Under the pieces are notes generated by a model. It ran no database searches. It was given only the letters and a program-made list of their open reading frames with translations, and was not told the origin of the DNA. Below, piece after piece: positions 1 to 9,500 of a stretch of DNA of 64,000 nt; within the stretch, counting starts at the first letter, position 1, and the number at the start of each line of letters is the position of its first letter. The position numbers were made by a program, and so were the translations under genes. This stretch comes from Prevotella sp. (GTDB taxonomy: Bacteria; Bacteroidota; Bacteroidia; Bacteroidales; Dysgonomonadaceae): contig JAITVV010000071.1 of the NCBI GenBank assembly GCA_031285625.1, forward strand, positions 32,001-96,000. Reading direction: 5' to 3'.

Positions 1-1
1 A

Positions 2-124
2 TTTCCTGTTGATGATCTTGTATTAATGTTCGTAAACAGGCTCTCCGACTACTTTTTCTTACTGGCCCGAAAGGAATGTAATAAGAAAGGAAAAGAAATA
101 TTTTGGAATCAGGCTTTGATATAA
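2..124 (+). CDS. 3' end of PduO-type cob(I)alamin adenosyltransferase (partial, runs off window start)
   Basis: Frame 2 reads FPVDDLVLMFVNRLSDYFFLLARKECNKKGKEIFWNQALI*; NRLSDxxFxxAR is the PduO-family signature. Confidence 0.8.
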   Translation, partial: FPVDDLVLMFVNRLSDYFFLLARKECNKKGKEIFWNQALI

Positions 125-187
125 GAAATAATGTTATATTTTTGCGAAAAATATAACCAAACTGACAAATAAATAAACGAAAATATT

Positions 188-409
188 ATGTACTGGACTT
201 TAGAATTAGCATCAAAATTAGAAGATGCACCATGGCCTGCAACAAAAGAAGAGTTGATTGACTATGCCCAACGTTCGGGTGCACCTCTTGAAGTTATAGA
301 AAACTTACAGGAGATAGAGGATGAAGATGAGATTTTCGATACTATCGAAGACATCTGGCCTGACTATCCTAGTAAAGAAGATTTCTTCTTCAACGAGGAC
401 GAGTATTAG
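188..409 (+). CDS. DUF2795 family small acidic protein; integration target of the island
   Basis: MYWTLELASKLEDAPWPATK...FFFNEDEY, a highly conserved Bacteroidetes protein. Confidence 0.9.
   Translation: MYWTLELASKLEDAPWPATKEELIDYAQRSGAPLEVIENLQEIEDEDEIFDTIEDIWPDYPSKEDFFFNEDEY
386..407 (+). repeat. attL core direct repeat TTCTTCAACGAGGACGAGTATT
   Basis: 21/22 identical to 10413-10434. Confidence 0.92.
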
Positions 410-453
410 AGGTAAAAAATTGTAAAATGCTTTAAAATAAAGCGTATATACAG

Positions 454-492
454 GAGATTAGGGTAACAAATAATTACTTTAATCTCTTTTTT
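454..492 (+). terminator. Element-supplied intrinsic terminator for the DUF2795 gene
   Basis: GAGATTAGGGTAA...TTACTTTAATCTC stem (two G.U pairs) followed by T6; near-copy of the hairpin at 10477-10516. Confidence 0.7.
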
Positions 493-567
493 ATGCCTTT
501 TTTTACTATATTTGTTACCCTAAACGCAACCCTATAAAGGGTAATATTCCTAAAAAAATACATAGTA

Positions 568-1908
568 ATGGGTAGAAAGAAAGCTGACAGACCAACAGGA
601 AAGTTTAAACTTCGTACAGACCAAAGCAAAGACGATGGTAAATATACCTTATATTTAGAATATAGTCTGAATAGAAAATTTGCAAAAACTACCACAGAAT
701 ATAAATTTAAGCCTTCAGAATGGGATGATAAGAATCAAAAAGTAAAAGGAACTGTTCCAAACTATAATCGTATCAATGCTCAATTATCCAAGCTTAAAAA
801 TGGCATTGATGCAGCTATTATTGATTATCTTGATAGAACAAAGGGTAACACAAAGAGAAGGTTAACTATTGACATCTTACGAAGTATTGTCCAGCGAAAA
901 CCAATTACGACATTAGGCAAAGTAGAAAACAACGAATTTTTCGCTATGGCTAATAAAATTCAAGAAGATGAATATTCACATGGAAAAAATTCTTATAGCC
1001 TTTATAAGAATAAGCTAAATCAGATAGATATATTCAAAAAGTTTGTTTCTAAAAAGATAGGTGAGCAATTTATTAATTGTGATGACATTGATATTGACCT
1101 GATAAATGATTATATTAAATGGCGTATAGATAGGGGAAATAAACCTGTTACTATTAATAAAGCTCTCGTCCCAATCAATCAAACTCTAAAAATAGCAAGT
1201 ATTAAAGGCTTTGCTAATGCAGAGATGGCATATTTAATATCAAAATCGTATCTACCTATCAAGACTAAATTGAAAGATGAAGAAGACGAGGAAGATGATG
1301 TAAGATATTTAACAGAGGACCAGATAAAATCGTTATTAGAATTATATCCAAAATTGCATATTAGAACAAAAGATTATATAGATATGTTTCTTTTTGTAAT
1401 TCATACAGGATTACGAGTTTCTGATATAATAACTTTGCGATGGATAAATATTGATATTGAGAAAAAAGAACTGAATAAGATACTATATAAGGGAGACATT
1501 AAACTATCGACACCCCTAACAGCACCAGCTATAAAGATTTTAAATAAATGGAAAGAACGCAATCTAAATGATGTTTTTGTTTTTGACATCCTGCCTTCTG
1601 ATTTTAATTTACAAGACGTTCCATTACTTGACAAAATGCGTATCAATAAAAATCGTTCAATTCTTACATCATTAAATGAAGTCGGTAATAAATTGGAGTT
1701 GGCTTTCAAAATGGGTATGCACGTAGGTAGGCATACATTTGCAGTTTTAGCCTTAAACAGAGAAGTAAACTTGCATATTTTAAGTCAGTTATTGGGACAT
1801 TCAAGTATATTAGTTACAGAAAAAGTGTATGCTAAATTCTTGCCTAAAACAATAAAAGAAGAAGTTGAAACCAAACTCGATTTCAACTTCCTTCCTGATG
1901 GATATTAA
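568..1908 (+). CDS. Site-specific tyrosine integrase (arm-binding + SAM-like + catalytic domains)
   Basis: Catalytic motifs HTGLRVSD, HVGRHTFA, LLGHSS..TEKVYA; Bacteroidetes-type arm-binding N-terminus (EWDDKNQKVK). Confidence 0.95.
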   Translation: MGRKKADRPTGKFKLRTDQSKDDGKYTLYLEYSLNRKFAKTTTEYKFKPSEWDDKNQKVKGTVPNYNRINAQLSKLKNGIDAAIIDYLDRTKGNTKRRLTIDILRSIVQRKPITTLGKVENNEFFAMANKIQEDEYSHGKNSYSLYKNKLNQIDIFKKFVSKKIGEQFINCDDIDIDLINDYIKWRIDRGNKPVTINKALVPINQTLKIASIKGFANAEMAYLISKSYLPIKTKLKDEEDEEDDVRYLTEDQIKSLLELYPKLHIRTKDYIDMFLFVIHTGLRVSDIITLRWINIDIEKKELNKILYKGDIKLSTPLTAPAIKILNKWKERNLNDVFVFDILPSDFNLQDVPLLDKMRINKNRSILTSLNEVGNKLELAFKMGMHVGRHTFAVLALNREVNLHILSQLLGHSSILVTEKVYAKFLPKTIKEEVETKLDFNFLPDGY

Positions 1909-1921
1909 CCAACATATTATT

Positions 1922-2221
1922 TCAGTCATAAGCATAAGCTTCTAAACGATTCTTTTGATAAAAGTACATTATATCCTCATAACTGTATAAAAATTTATCA
2001 CCAACCTGAGTATAGGGTAAATAACCCTCGTCACGATACTTCTTTATCCAATTTTGACCGACCCCTAAAAGTTCGGGAAGGTCTTTATTGGTGTAAAAAG
2101 GTTTTACAATATTATTTTTAGTGTGTTCGATTAGAGTAGAACATAGGTTCTTTAAATCTTTTATCTCTTGTTTCAATTCGTTTAGTTCATCGCTATGAAC
2201 TGCAATCAAAGTGCTCATCAT
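1922..2221 (-). CDS. Excisionase-like helix-turn-helix protein
   Basis: YTNKDLPELLGVGQNWIKKYRDEGYLPYTQVGDKFLYS resembles HTH_17/Xis of Bacteroidetes elements; ATG at 2221 preferred to TTG at 2236. Confidence 0.85.
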   Translation of the reverse strand: MMSTLIAVHSDELNELKQEIKDLKNLCSTLIEHTKNNIVKPFYTNKDLPELLGVGQNWIKKYRDEGYLPYTQVGDKFLYSYEDIMYFYQKNRLEAYAYD

Positions 2222-2312
2222 TCTGAATTTTAGCAACTTTATTTTTCATGGAATTTCACAATCCCAAGCTATACTTAAAATCATTGTACTTCTATTATTG
2301 AAGTAACCAAAA

Positions 2313-2344
2313 CAAATATACCTTTTTTATTTTTGAAAAACAAA
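2313..2344 (-). promoter_or_regulatory. Bacteroidetes housekeeping promoter for the xis-like gene
   Basis: Minus strand TTTG (2344-2341), 20-nt spacer, TATATTTG (2320-2313). Confidence 0.6.
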
Positions 2345-2583
2345 AGAGATTTTAACAAAATTTGAAATGGCATATTTATGGCATCCTTAAATCTATTGAA
2401 CTACTTTATCCCCATTGACCCATCCCTCATATATAAGGGGATTATGTTGTGAATGAATAAATTCTCAAAAAAATTATGTTTAAGAAGGTCATCTATATTG
2501 AACTTTCAAAAATATTGTAATATTTATTTATATAGACTTTGATAGCTCTATGATATGTATAATAATTTAATAAAAATTAAAGT

Positions 2584-2769
2584 ATGAATAAGAGAATTTA
2601 CAGAGAAGCGGATGAGATGACTAAGTACAAAATGAGTTTAAGCAAATCTAATTCATTAAATCCTAACTATGGGAAACCAAGAGATGAGGAAACTAAACAA
2701 AAGATTTCGGATAGTATGAAAAAGTATTGGTCAGAAGTCCCATTTAAAAATGACTTAAATAAAAAATGA
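2584..2769 (+). CDS. Stand-alone NUMOD3 DNA-binding motif protein
   Basis: NPNYGKPRDEETKQKISDSMK matches NUMOD3; followed by hairpin GATGTTGCCG...CGGCAACATC and T-rich tract. Confidence 0.75.
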   Translation: MNKRIYREADEMTKYKMSLSKSNSLNPNYGKPRDEETKQKISDSMKKYWSEVPFKNDLNKK

Positions 2770-2976
2770 AATTTTAGAATTGGATGTTGCCGGATACGGC
2801 AACATCTTTATTTTATATGAATAATATTTTTCATTAACTATTGATTATTTATTTTCAAATTCTATTTTTTATAAAGAAGTTTCATTCTCTCTATCAAGAA
2901 GGGAAATATGTAGCCTGTGGACTACACCACTAATTAGTAAAGTTCACTTGAAGAATAAGAAGTTTAATATTAAAAA

Positions 2977-3996
2977 ATGAATAGTTATGAAAATAAACAT
3001 TTAAAATTTGATACAGTAAAAATTAGAACAAATAAAGAATATTTAAAAGATACATTTATTAAATTCAATCCAAAATATAAATCAAATGGAGAAATAATAA
3101 ATAAATATTATAATTCAAAAGATGATGATAGACTTATTCCCTATAATTTATATATTGGAATTAGTGATAAATCATTAACATTAGAATTTTCATCTAAGAT
3201 ATTATTAGATGATTATCCGAAGCTTATAACAAAAGATACATTCAAACAATGTTTAGAGAATATCAACCAACTTGATATTTGCGCCCTCAATGCTGATTCT
3301 ATTGCAAATGATTGTTATTTTACGAAAGTTCATGTTACCAATGATATAAAATATCCATTCACTGATAATGTATTAGATAGCCTTAATTCAAATGTCAATG
3401 ATTATAGACGTTACCAATGGGAACATTATCGAAAAGACGGCATACGCTTTAAAAAGGATGTAAAATCAATATCCTGCAAAGAGAGTATTGTTATGTACAA
3501 TAAAGAAAAGGAAATTATAAACAATGTAGATTTTCTTTCAATTCTCAGCAAGCCGAATGAAGTAATTGATTATTTTGATGGGGTCACACGTTTTGAAATG
3601 GAGTTGGATAAACCAAAGAAAATATGTGAAGCTCTGAATATTGATACCACCCATATAAGTAAAGTGTTCAATTCAAAGGAAAACCCCTTACTTGTTCAGT
3701 TTAATAAAATTTTTGGAGTAGGAGAGATTAAAAACAGACAATACATTGCTAACTATGAAACCTACGCTATGGATGCTATAATTGAGAAACACAACGGTGA
3801 CATCAAGAAGATAGAACAGGAAATGAAAGACCTGCATGTTTACAGTTCTAATTCTCGTAATGGCTTATCGGAAAGAATGAAGAAGATTAAAGCTCTTATA
3901 GAACAACGAAACGAGAGATTGTATAATTCCAGAGGAATATTGACAGAAATTAGAGAAAAATTAGGCGAAAAAGCACCTATTCCAGCTCAACTATGA
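2977..3996 (+). CDS. Putative rolling-circle replication initiator (phage/plasmid gene II/X, Rep_trans-like)
   Basis: N-terminal FDTVKI, VHVTND, MYNKEKE and RFEMEL resemble the D..D..YxK..RxE pattern of this superfamily. Confidence 0.6.
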   Translation: MNSYENKHLKFDTVKIRTNKEYLKDTFIKFNPKYKSNGEIINKYYNSKDDDRLIPYNLYIGISDKSLTLEFSSKILLDDYPKLITKDTFKQCLENINQLDICALNADSIANDCYFTKVHVTNDIKYPFTDNVLDSLNSNVNDYRRYQWEHYRKDGIRFKKDVKSISCKESIVMYNKEKEIINNVDFLSILSKPNEVIDYFDGVTRFEMELDKPKKICEALNIDTTHISKVFNSKENPLLVQFNKIFGVGEIKNRQYIANYETYAMDAIIEKHNGDIKKIEQEMKDLHVYSSNSRNGLSERMKKIKALIEQRNERLYNSRGILTEIREKLGEKAPIPAQL

Positions 3997-4092
3997 CACG
4001 CTCAGACTATCATTTTTAGCTTTGAAACCTACTGTTTACGTTGATTTTGGTGTGTGTCGCTTGTAATAGATTATCATGCATGTTTATAAAAG

Positions 4093-4129
4093 AAATAATG
4101 AGGTAGAAAAAAAATCTACCTCATTATTT
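4093..4129. terminator. Bidirectional terminator between rep and the lipoprotein gene
   Basis: Perfect 15-bp stem AAATAATGAGGTAGA / TCTACCTCATTATTT between convergent genes. Confidence 0.8.
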
Positions 4130-4145
4130 TCTTTATATTTTTATA

Positions 4146-5084
4146 TTATTGTTTATTCCTATCTATTTTATTTAAAATAAACTTTCTGCCTATATTTGTT
4201 TGGTTTGAGCCAGTACCTCTATCATAATAATCATATACCATCTCAATTTTATTTGTTGTCATAGATATTATTTTATAATGGGCTGTAATTTCATCATATG
4301 TAATTTTATTAGATAATTTAAAATAAAATCCATTATTAGTAAAACTTACACTTATACTATGAAATGATATATCAAATTTATCATCGTAATGACTTATCAT
4401 TGAATTATCTATGTATGTTGTGTTAAATCTTAAATAAAATGGATTACTTTCATATTCTTGAAAATTTATAGACCCTTCAAAAAAACCATCTTGTTTACAT
4501 TCCCAAAAAATAGGTCCTTTATCATTAGGGATATGTAATATTTTCGCAATATTTTCCTTATTTATTTGAACAATTTCGGGCACTTCTATTTCGGGAGTTT
4601 CAGGTAGTGTAATTTCACCTTTATACTCGTATTCGTTTTTAAAGTTAAGTGTAAGTGCATTCAGGTTATCATTGTACATATTTTTAATCTTCGCATCATC
4701 AGTAAATGATTCACTTTTGACAATAGTATTGTTATTCAATAGATTAAAAGTAACCTTTGTAGCATATTTGATATAAGTGTAATATACATCGTTAATAGGT
4801 ATTGTTGTACCCTCATCTATATTTGCTTCAATGACGACTTGTACATTATCATTGAACAGCAAGTTAAGATAGGTTGTAACAAAAGTGCTTTTTAGTTGTG
4901 ATTTAGCAATGATAGCCGATTCAACTTTAAGGTCTTTGTTGTTGAAGTTTACGCCATTGTTTGAGATTGCGCCAGTTGTTGTAGGTACAATCGGGTTTGG
5001 GTCAGTATCGTTGTTGTCATCGCTACTACAAGAATAGAATAAGGTCGTTGCCATCAGACACAATGTGAATAATAGTTTTTTCAT
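4146..5084 (-). CDS. Lipoprotein of unknown function (element cargo)
   Basis: Signal peptide II MKKLLFTLCLMATTLFYSC followed by SSDDNND acidic export-type signal. Confidence 0.8.
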   Translation of the reverse strand: MKKLLFTLCLMATTLFYSCSSDDNNDTDPNPIVPTTTGAISNNGVNFNNKDLKVESAIIAKSQLKSTFVTTYLNLLFNDNVQVVIEANIDEGTTIPINDVYYTYIKYATKVTFNLLNNNTIVKSESFTDDAKIKNMYNDNLNALTLNFKNEYEYKGEITLPETPEIEVPEIVQINKENIAKILHIPNDKGPIFWECKQDGFFEGSINFQEYESNPFYLRFNTTYIDNSMISHYDDKFDISFHSISVSFTNNGFYFKLSNKITYDEITAHYKIISMTTNKIEMVYDYYDRGTGSNQTNIGRKFILNKIDRNKQ

Positions 5085-5275
5085 TCTCTGACCTCCTCTC
5101 TAATTGCGTCTTTTACACTTTTTTCAAGTGTTTCTAAATCGTAGTTAGAATCTACAATAGAACCATTCTTTACAACTTGATATAAGTTTTCACACTTATA
5201 GATGTCTGCAAATTTTTCTTTTTTGATAAAAAAAGTTTTTACCAAAATACCAGAGAATACATTTTTGTTCATCAT
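5081..5275 (-). CDS. Small hypothetical protein, ATGA-coupled to the lipoprotein gene
   Basis: 64-aa ORF whose stop overlaps the lipoprotein start by 4 nt. Confidence 0.55.
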   Translation of the reverse strand: MMNKNVFSGILVKTFFIKKEKFADIYKCENLYQVVKNGSIVDSNYDLETLEKSVKDAIREEVRE

Positions 5276-5421
5276 GAAATACGTTCAATTTTGCTCATCA
5301 GCTCCAAATGTGCAGTTTTGTAAATAGAAAACGTGGAGACTGCTAACTTACTCGCCTCGAGGTCTTGGTCACCCTGCAACAGAATAAGTCGCAGCTCCAC
5401 GTCTATAAAATATAAAGACAT
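5272..5421 (-). CDS. Putative 49-aa leader ORF embedded in the structured RNA
   Basis: MSLYFIDVELRLILLQGDQDLEASKLAVSTFSIYKTAHLELMSKIERIS*; stop overlaps the next ATG (ATGA). Confidence 0.4.
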   Translation of the reverse strand: MSLYFIDVELRLILLQGDQDLEASKLAVSTFSIYKTAHLELMSKIERIS

Positions 5422-5479
5422 GGAGCGATTGACTTACTACCCTGTTGCATGAAAGTTACCAAGTTTCGAGTGCGGGTAA
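5331..5479 (-). ncRNA. Structured leader RNA with two mutually exclusive folds
   Basis: Long imperfect hairpin 5348-5404/5416-5479; alternative pairing of 5331-5350 with 5385-5402; promoter-like TTTG-20nt-AATCTTTG at 5585-5554. Confidence 0.55.
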
Positions 5480-5646
5480 TATTAAACGCTTTCGTTTTTT
5501 TTAATAAGTCCTTCTATCAAACCATCTCTATGGTATTTGATTGAATTATGATACAAAGATTGATATTTTATTTAAGCCCTGCAAATTATTTCGAATAAGA
5601 TAAATATAATATTCTTTAGTCCAGATAGTTAATTGTTATTATTTAT

Positions 5647-5682
5647 TACACATTTATTAAATTGATGTTCAATAAATGTGTA
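5647..5682. promoter_or_regulatory. 12-bp inverted repeat upstream of the resolvase (candidate res/operator site)
   Basis: TACACATTTATT-12nt-AATAAATGTGTA just upstream of TATATTTG promoter box at 5701-5708. Confidence 0.45.
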
Positions 5683-5730
5683 TTTAATGAAAATAATAGT
5701 TATATTTGTTAAGTATTAAACTTTTAACCA

Positions 5731-6411
5731 ATGGAAGCTAAAAAATATACTTGTTATTATAGAGTGTCTACAAAAAAACAAGGCAAATCAGGATTAGGTC
5801 TTGATGCACAAGAAACAATCTGTAAAAACTACGTAGATGGTCAGAAAGGTATAATCATAAATTCTTTCGTTGAAGTTGAAAGTGGTAAAAATGATAACAG
5901 GGAAAAACTGCATACTGCTATTGCTGAATGTAAGCAAACTAACAGTACTCTGTTAATTGCCAAACTTGATAGGTTATCGAGAAGTGTTGAATTTATTTTT
6001 AGTTTGAAAAATTCAGGTATTAATTTTACTTGTGTTGACCTACCTGAACTCAATACCATGACCTTGGGTATCTTTGCAACCTTTGCACAGAGCGAAAGAG
6101 AGCGTATAAGTGAGAGAATCACAAATGCACTCGCTGAAAAGAAAAAAAAGGGTATTAAACTTGGTAAACCTGAAAACTTACTGAACAACTTTGATAAAGC
6201 ATACAGTAATAGTTTAGCTACTCGACAAGGCAATGCAGTAAACAATGAGAACAACAAAAAAGCAGGTCTTTTGATTGTGTCTTTGCGTGATGGTGGTAAA
6301 ACATGGAATGAGATAACCCAAACTTTAAATGATAATGGTTTTAAAACTCGCAGGGGTGGTGTGTTTGGTATAACTCAGGTGGTGAGGCTGTTCAATAGAT
6401 ATTACTCATAA
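5731..6411 (+). CDS. Serine recombinase (resolvase/invertase family) with C-terminal recombinase-type HTH
   Basis: YYRVSTKKQ catalytic Ser motif, ESGK, AKLDRLSR, ERERISERI. Confidence 0.93.
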   Translation: MEAKKYTCYYRVSTKKQGKSGLGLDAQETICKNYVDGQKGIIINSFVEVESGKNDNREKLHTAIAECKQTNSTLLIAKLDRLSRSVEFIFSLKNSGINFTCVDLPELNTMTLGIFATFAQSERERISERITNALAEKKKKGIKLGKPENLLNNFDKAYSNSLATRQGNAVNNENNKKAGLLIVSLRDGGKTWNEITQTLNDNGFKTRRGGVFGITQVVRLFNRYYS

Positions 6412-6520
6412 ATTATTGACATATAAAACATTAAGTTTTATCAGATTGTTTATCTATAAGAGAAAAAGAAGCAGATAATCGCATGATTATTGATTAATAA
6501 TTGTATTTTTGCTAAGGAAT

Positions 6521-9500
6521 ATGAAACAAAATGTGTCGCTAAACAAGTTTCTGATTCAGTTAGGATTAGAAAAGGTGGTCTTCTTTAAGGACGAAGAAGG
6601 AGTATACTCCTCTGTTCTACACTTTGACATACAGAATAAACTCAAACTAATCAGTCCTGACGCAATCTATATATTCAATAATCAACCTTTAATTTTATTT
6701 TTCGATTTAACTGATAATACAGACGATAAACGAGAGGATGATATTCACAAAAAAGTATGGTCTTTTGATAATTCTCCGATAGCTTTTATTATAAAAAGTA
6801 ATGAAATAAAAGTATACAATGCACTGAATTATATAAAGAACGAGAATCGCTTAGAAACGATTAACTTAACAAGTGATGAAATCATTAATAAATTCTCTTT
6901 TTGGAATTTACAAAGCAGCAATGTTTGGAATTGGTTTCAAGAAAAATATATTGAAACCATACAAAAAAAGGAAACTAAAAAACGTGTAAACGAAAGGCTT
7001 TTTCAGAATATCAGAGATGTGAGAAATGCTTTGATAGATAAGAACAATGACCCTGAGGGAAGTATTCCAAACTCTCTTATTCTTAGATTGATATTTATAA
7101 GATACTTAATAGATAGAAATATTGAAATTGGTTCAGAGTTTATTGATGGGTGTGATACTTATTCAAGAAGATTAAGTTTCAGTAAACTATTACAAGACCC
7201 TGACAAGCTATCTCGGTTATTTGTAAAATTAAATGATAGATTTAACGGTGTTCTATTCAAAGGTGTTGATATAAAGCTAACTACTACACAAGCTGAAAGT
7301 CTATCTGATATCTTCAATGGTGAAGTACCAAAGAAAAACTCATTATTTTATGGCAGTGATTTCTATTTTGAGATATTTGATTTTTCTATAATTCCTGTTG
7401 AAGTAATTTCAGGAATATATGAATCTTTGATTGACCCTGAAACAAGAAATCTACAATCAGCAGTATATACCCCATCTTTTTTAGTTGAATATATTTTAAA
7501 TGATACTATTGATGTTTTCCTAAATGAGAACAATACATCGGAGTGTAAAATATTCGAAGTTGCTGTTGGCTCAGGAATTTTCCTTGTTCAGTCTTTGAGA
7601 AGAATGATAGAAAAGGAAATTGAATTAAAAGGAAATTTAGACAAAGAAGCTTTTAGTGAACGTATTAGAGACATAGCAAAACAAAATTTATACGGTGTTG
7701 ACATCAATAAGGAAGCATTAAAAGTAACATGTTTTTCAATATATATTGCTCTATTAGATTATCAAGAACCTAAAAATATCTATAAATATAAATTTCCTAA
7801 TCTATTGGGAGAAAACTTATTTGAAGCTAATTTTTTTGACACAAAGAATGAGTTTAATCAAGTAATAAATAATGCAAGACCCCAATATATATTGGGTAAT
7901 CCACCTTGGAAAAGTAATAAAGATGATTACCATATAGAATGGTTAAAGTCTAATAAAAAGACTGTTGGAAGATTTGAAATTGCACAATCCTTTCTTCTGA
8001 GGACAAAAGATTTTATGAATCTCGATACCAAAGTTGCATTAATTATTACGAGTACCATTTTCTATAATGTGTCTAAAACAACAAGAGCATTCAAGAATGA
8101 ATTTTTATCAACATACTGTATTAGTAAATTCTTTGACTTGTCCCCTGTCAGACGATTAATATTTGAAGAAAAAGATAGTCCTGCAAGCGTTGTATATTAT
8201 AAATTATCTGAGAATAATGATTACATTAATAATGTAATAGACCATCAATCTGTTAAAATCAACTATTTTCTTAAACACTTTAAAATGTTGGTCATTGAAA
8301 AGTATGACAAAAAAAAGATTTTCCAACGATATTTTATTGAATATGATTGGATGTTTAAAGTTGCTTTATATGGTAATACCTTAGATTTTGTAACCATTAA
8401 TAAAATAGTCGAAAATAAATCAAAAATTAATGATTACATTGATAATAAAACAATATTTAGTGGTGATGGTATCCTAAAAGGAACACCCAAGCCAACCCCT
8501 TTCTCTTTTCTTATTAATTTACCTATTATAGAAAACGAAGAGGTTAAGTCGTATTATACGAATGTCAATATTGAAAAAACAATGACATTAGATGATACAT
8601 ATTTGGAAAGTGGACGAAAATTAGAATTATTTAAGGGAGAACACATATATTTAAAAAGTCAGACTTTAAATGAATCTGATATTGTAGTTTCCTATAATAA
8701 TCAAACCGCCGTTAATCGACATGATGTGATTACGATAACGTCTGAAAATGAAATTGACAAACTGAAAGAAATTTACGCTTTGCTAATCTCAGATATTCAT
8801 ACCTATTATCAATTCCTAACATCTTCTGCATGGGGAGTTTCAACAAGACCTGCAATAAGATTAAAAGAATATAAAAACTTCCCTTGTGTCACATTAAGCA
8901 CACAACATCAGCAAAAGTTAACATCACTAATAAATGATTTTTTTGAAAATTTCATACTCTACTATAGCGATGAGATAAGGTCTGAAACTCTTCCTGTAAA
9001 TAAGAATATATTAAAGAACATAAATAAACTTATTAATGAATTATACAGGATAAATGAAGCTGAAAAGGACTTGATTAATTATGTTCTAAATGTATCGAGA
9101 TATCAATTTCAAGAAAGTAAGCAAGATTTAATAATAGATTTTACACATACGAATAAGAACGATTATAGAAACAAAGAAACTGTCTTAAAGCAGTATGCAG
9201 AAGTGTTCCTACGAGAGATTGAAGACATATATGATAATGAATATATACAAGCAGAAATATATTCATTACATCATTTTGTTGCGGTAAACTTTGTATTTCA
9301 TTCAGACCCGATTAAGGAGAGAATAATATATCAAAAGAATGCAAATATTATTGAATCATTAGAAAAATTGGGAAATCTAAGTATCTCTCAGATTGCAAGT
9401 GTAACTGACCCTACAAAGAACCTATTTATACAAAAAGATATAAAAGGTTTTGAAGATAATTCATTTTATATAATCAAACCTAATGAATATAAATGTTGGC

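Noticed and set aside
474-695. 73-aa minus-strand ORF over the integrase start
   Set aside because: Antisense shadow of the integrase and att-arm region; no recognisable motif
2190-2285. Two overlapping mini-ORFs (MILSIAWDCEIP, MKNKVAKIQNDEHFDCSS) in the xis leader
   Set aside because: Too short to distinguish from chance in AT-rich DNA
6509-6520. TTG start for the methyltransferase
   Set aside because: Falls inside the TATTTTTG promoter box; ATG at 6521 is more plausible
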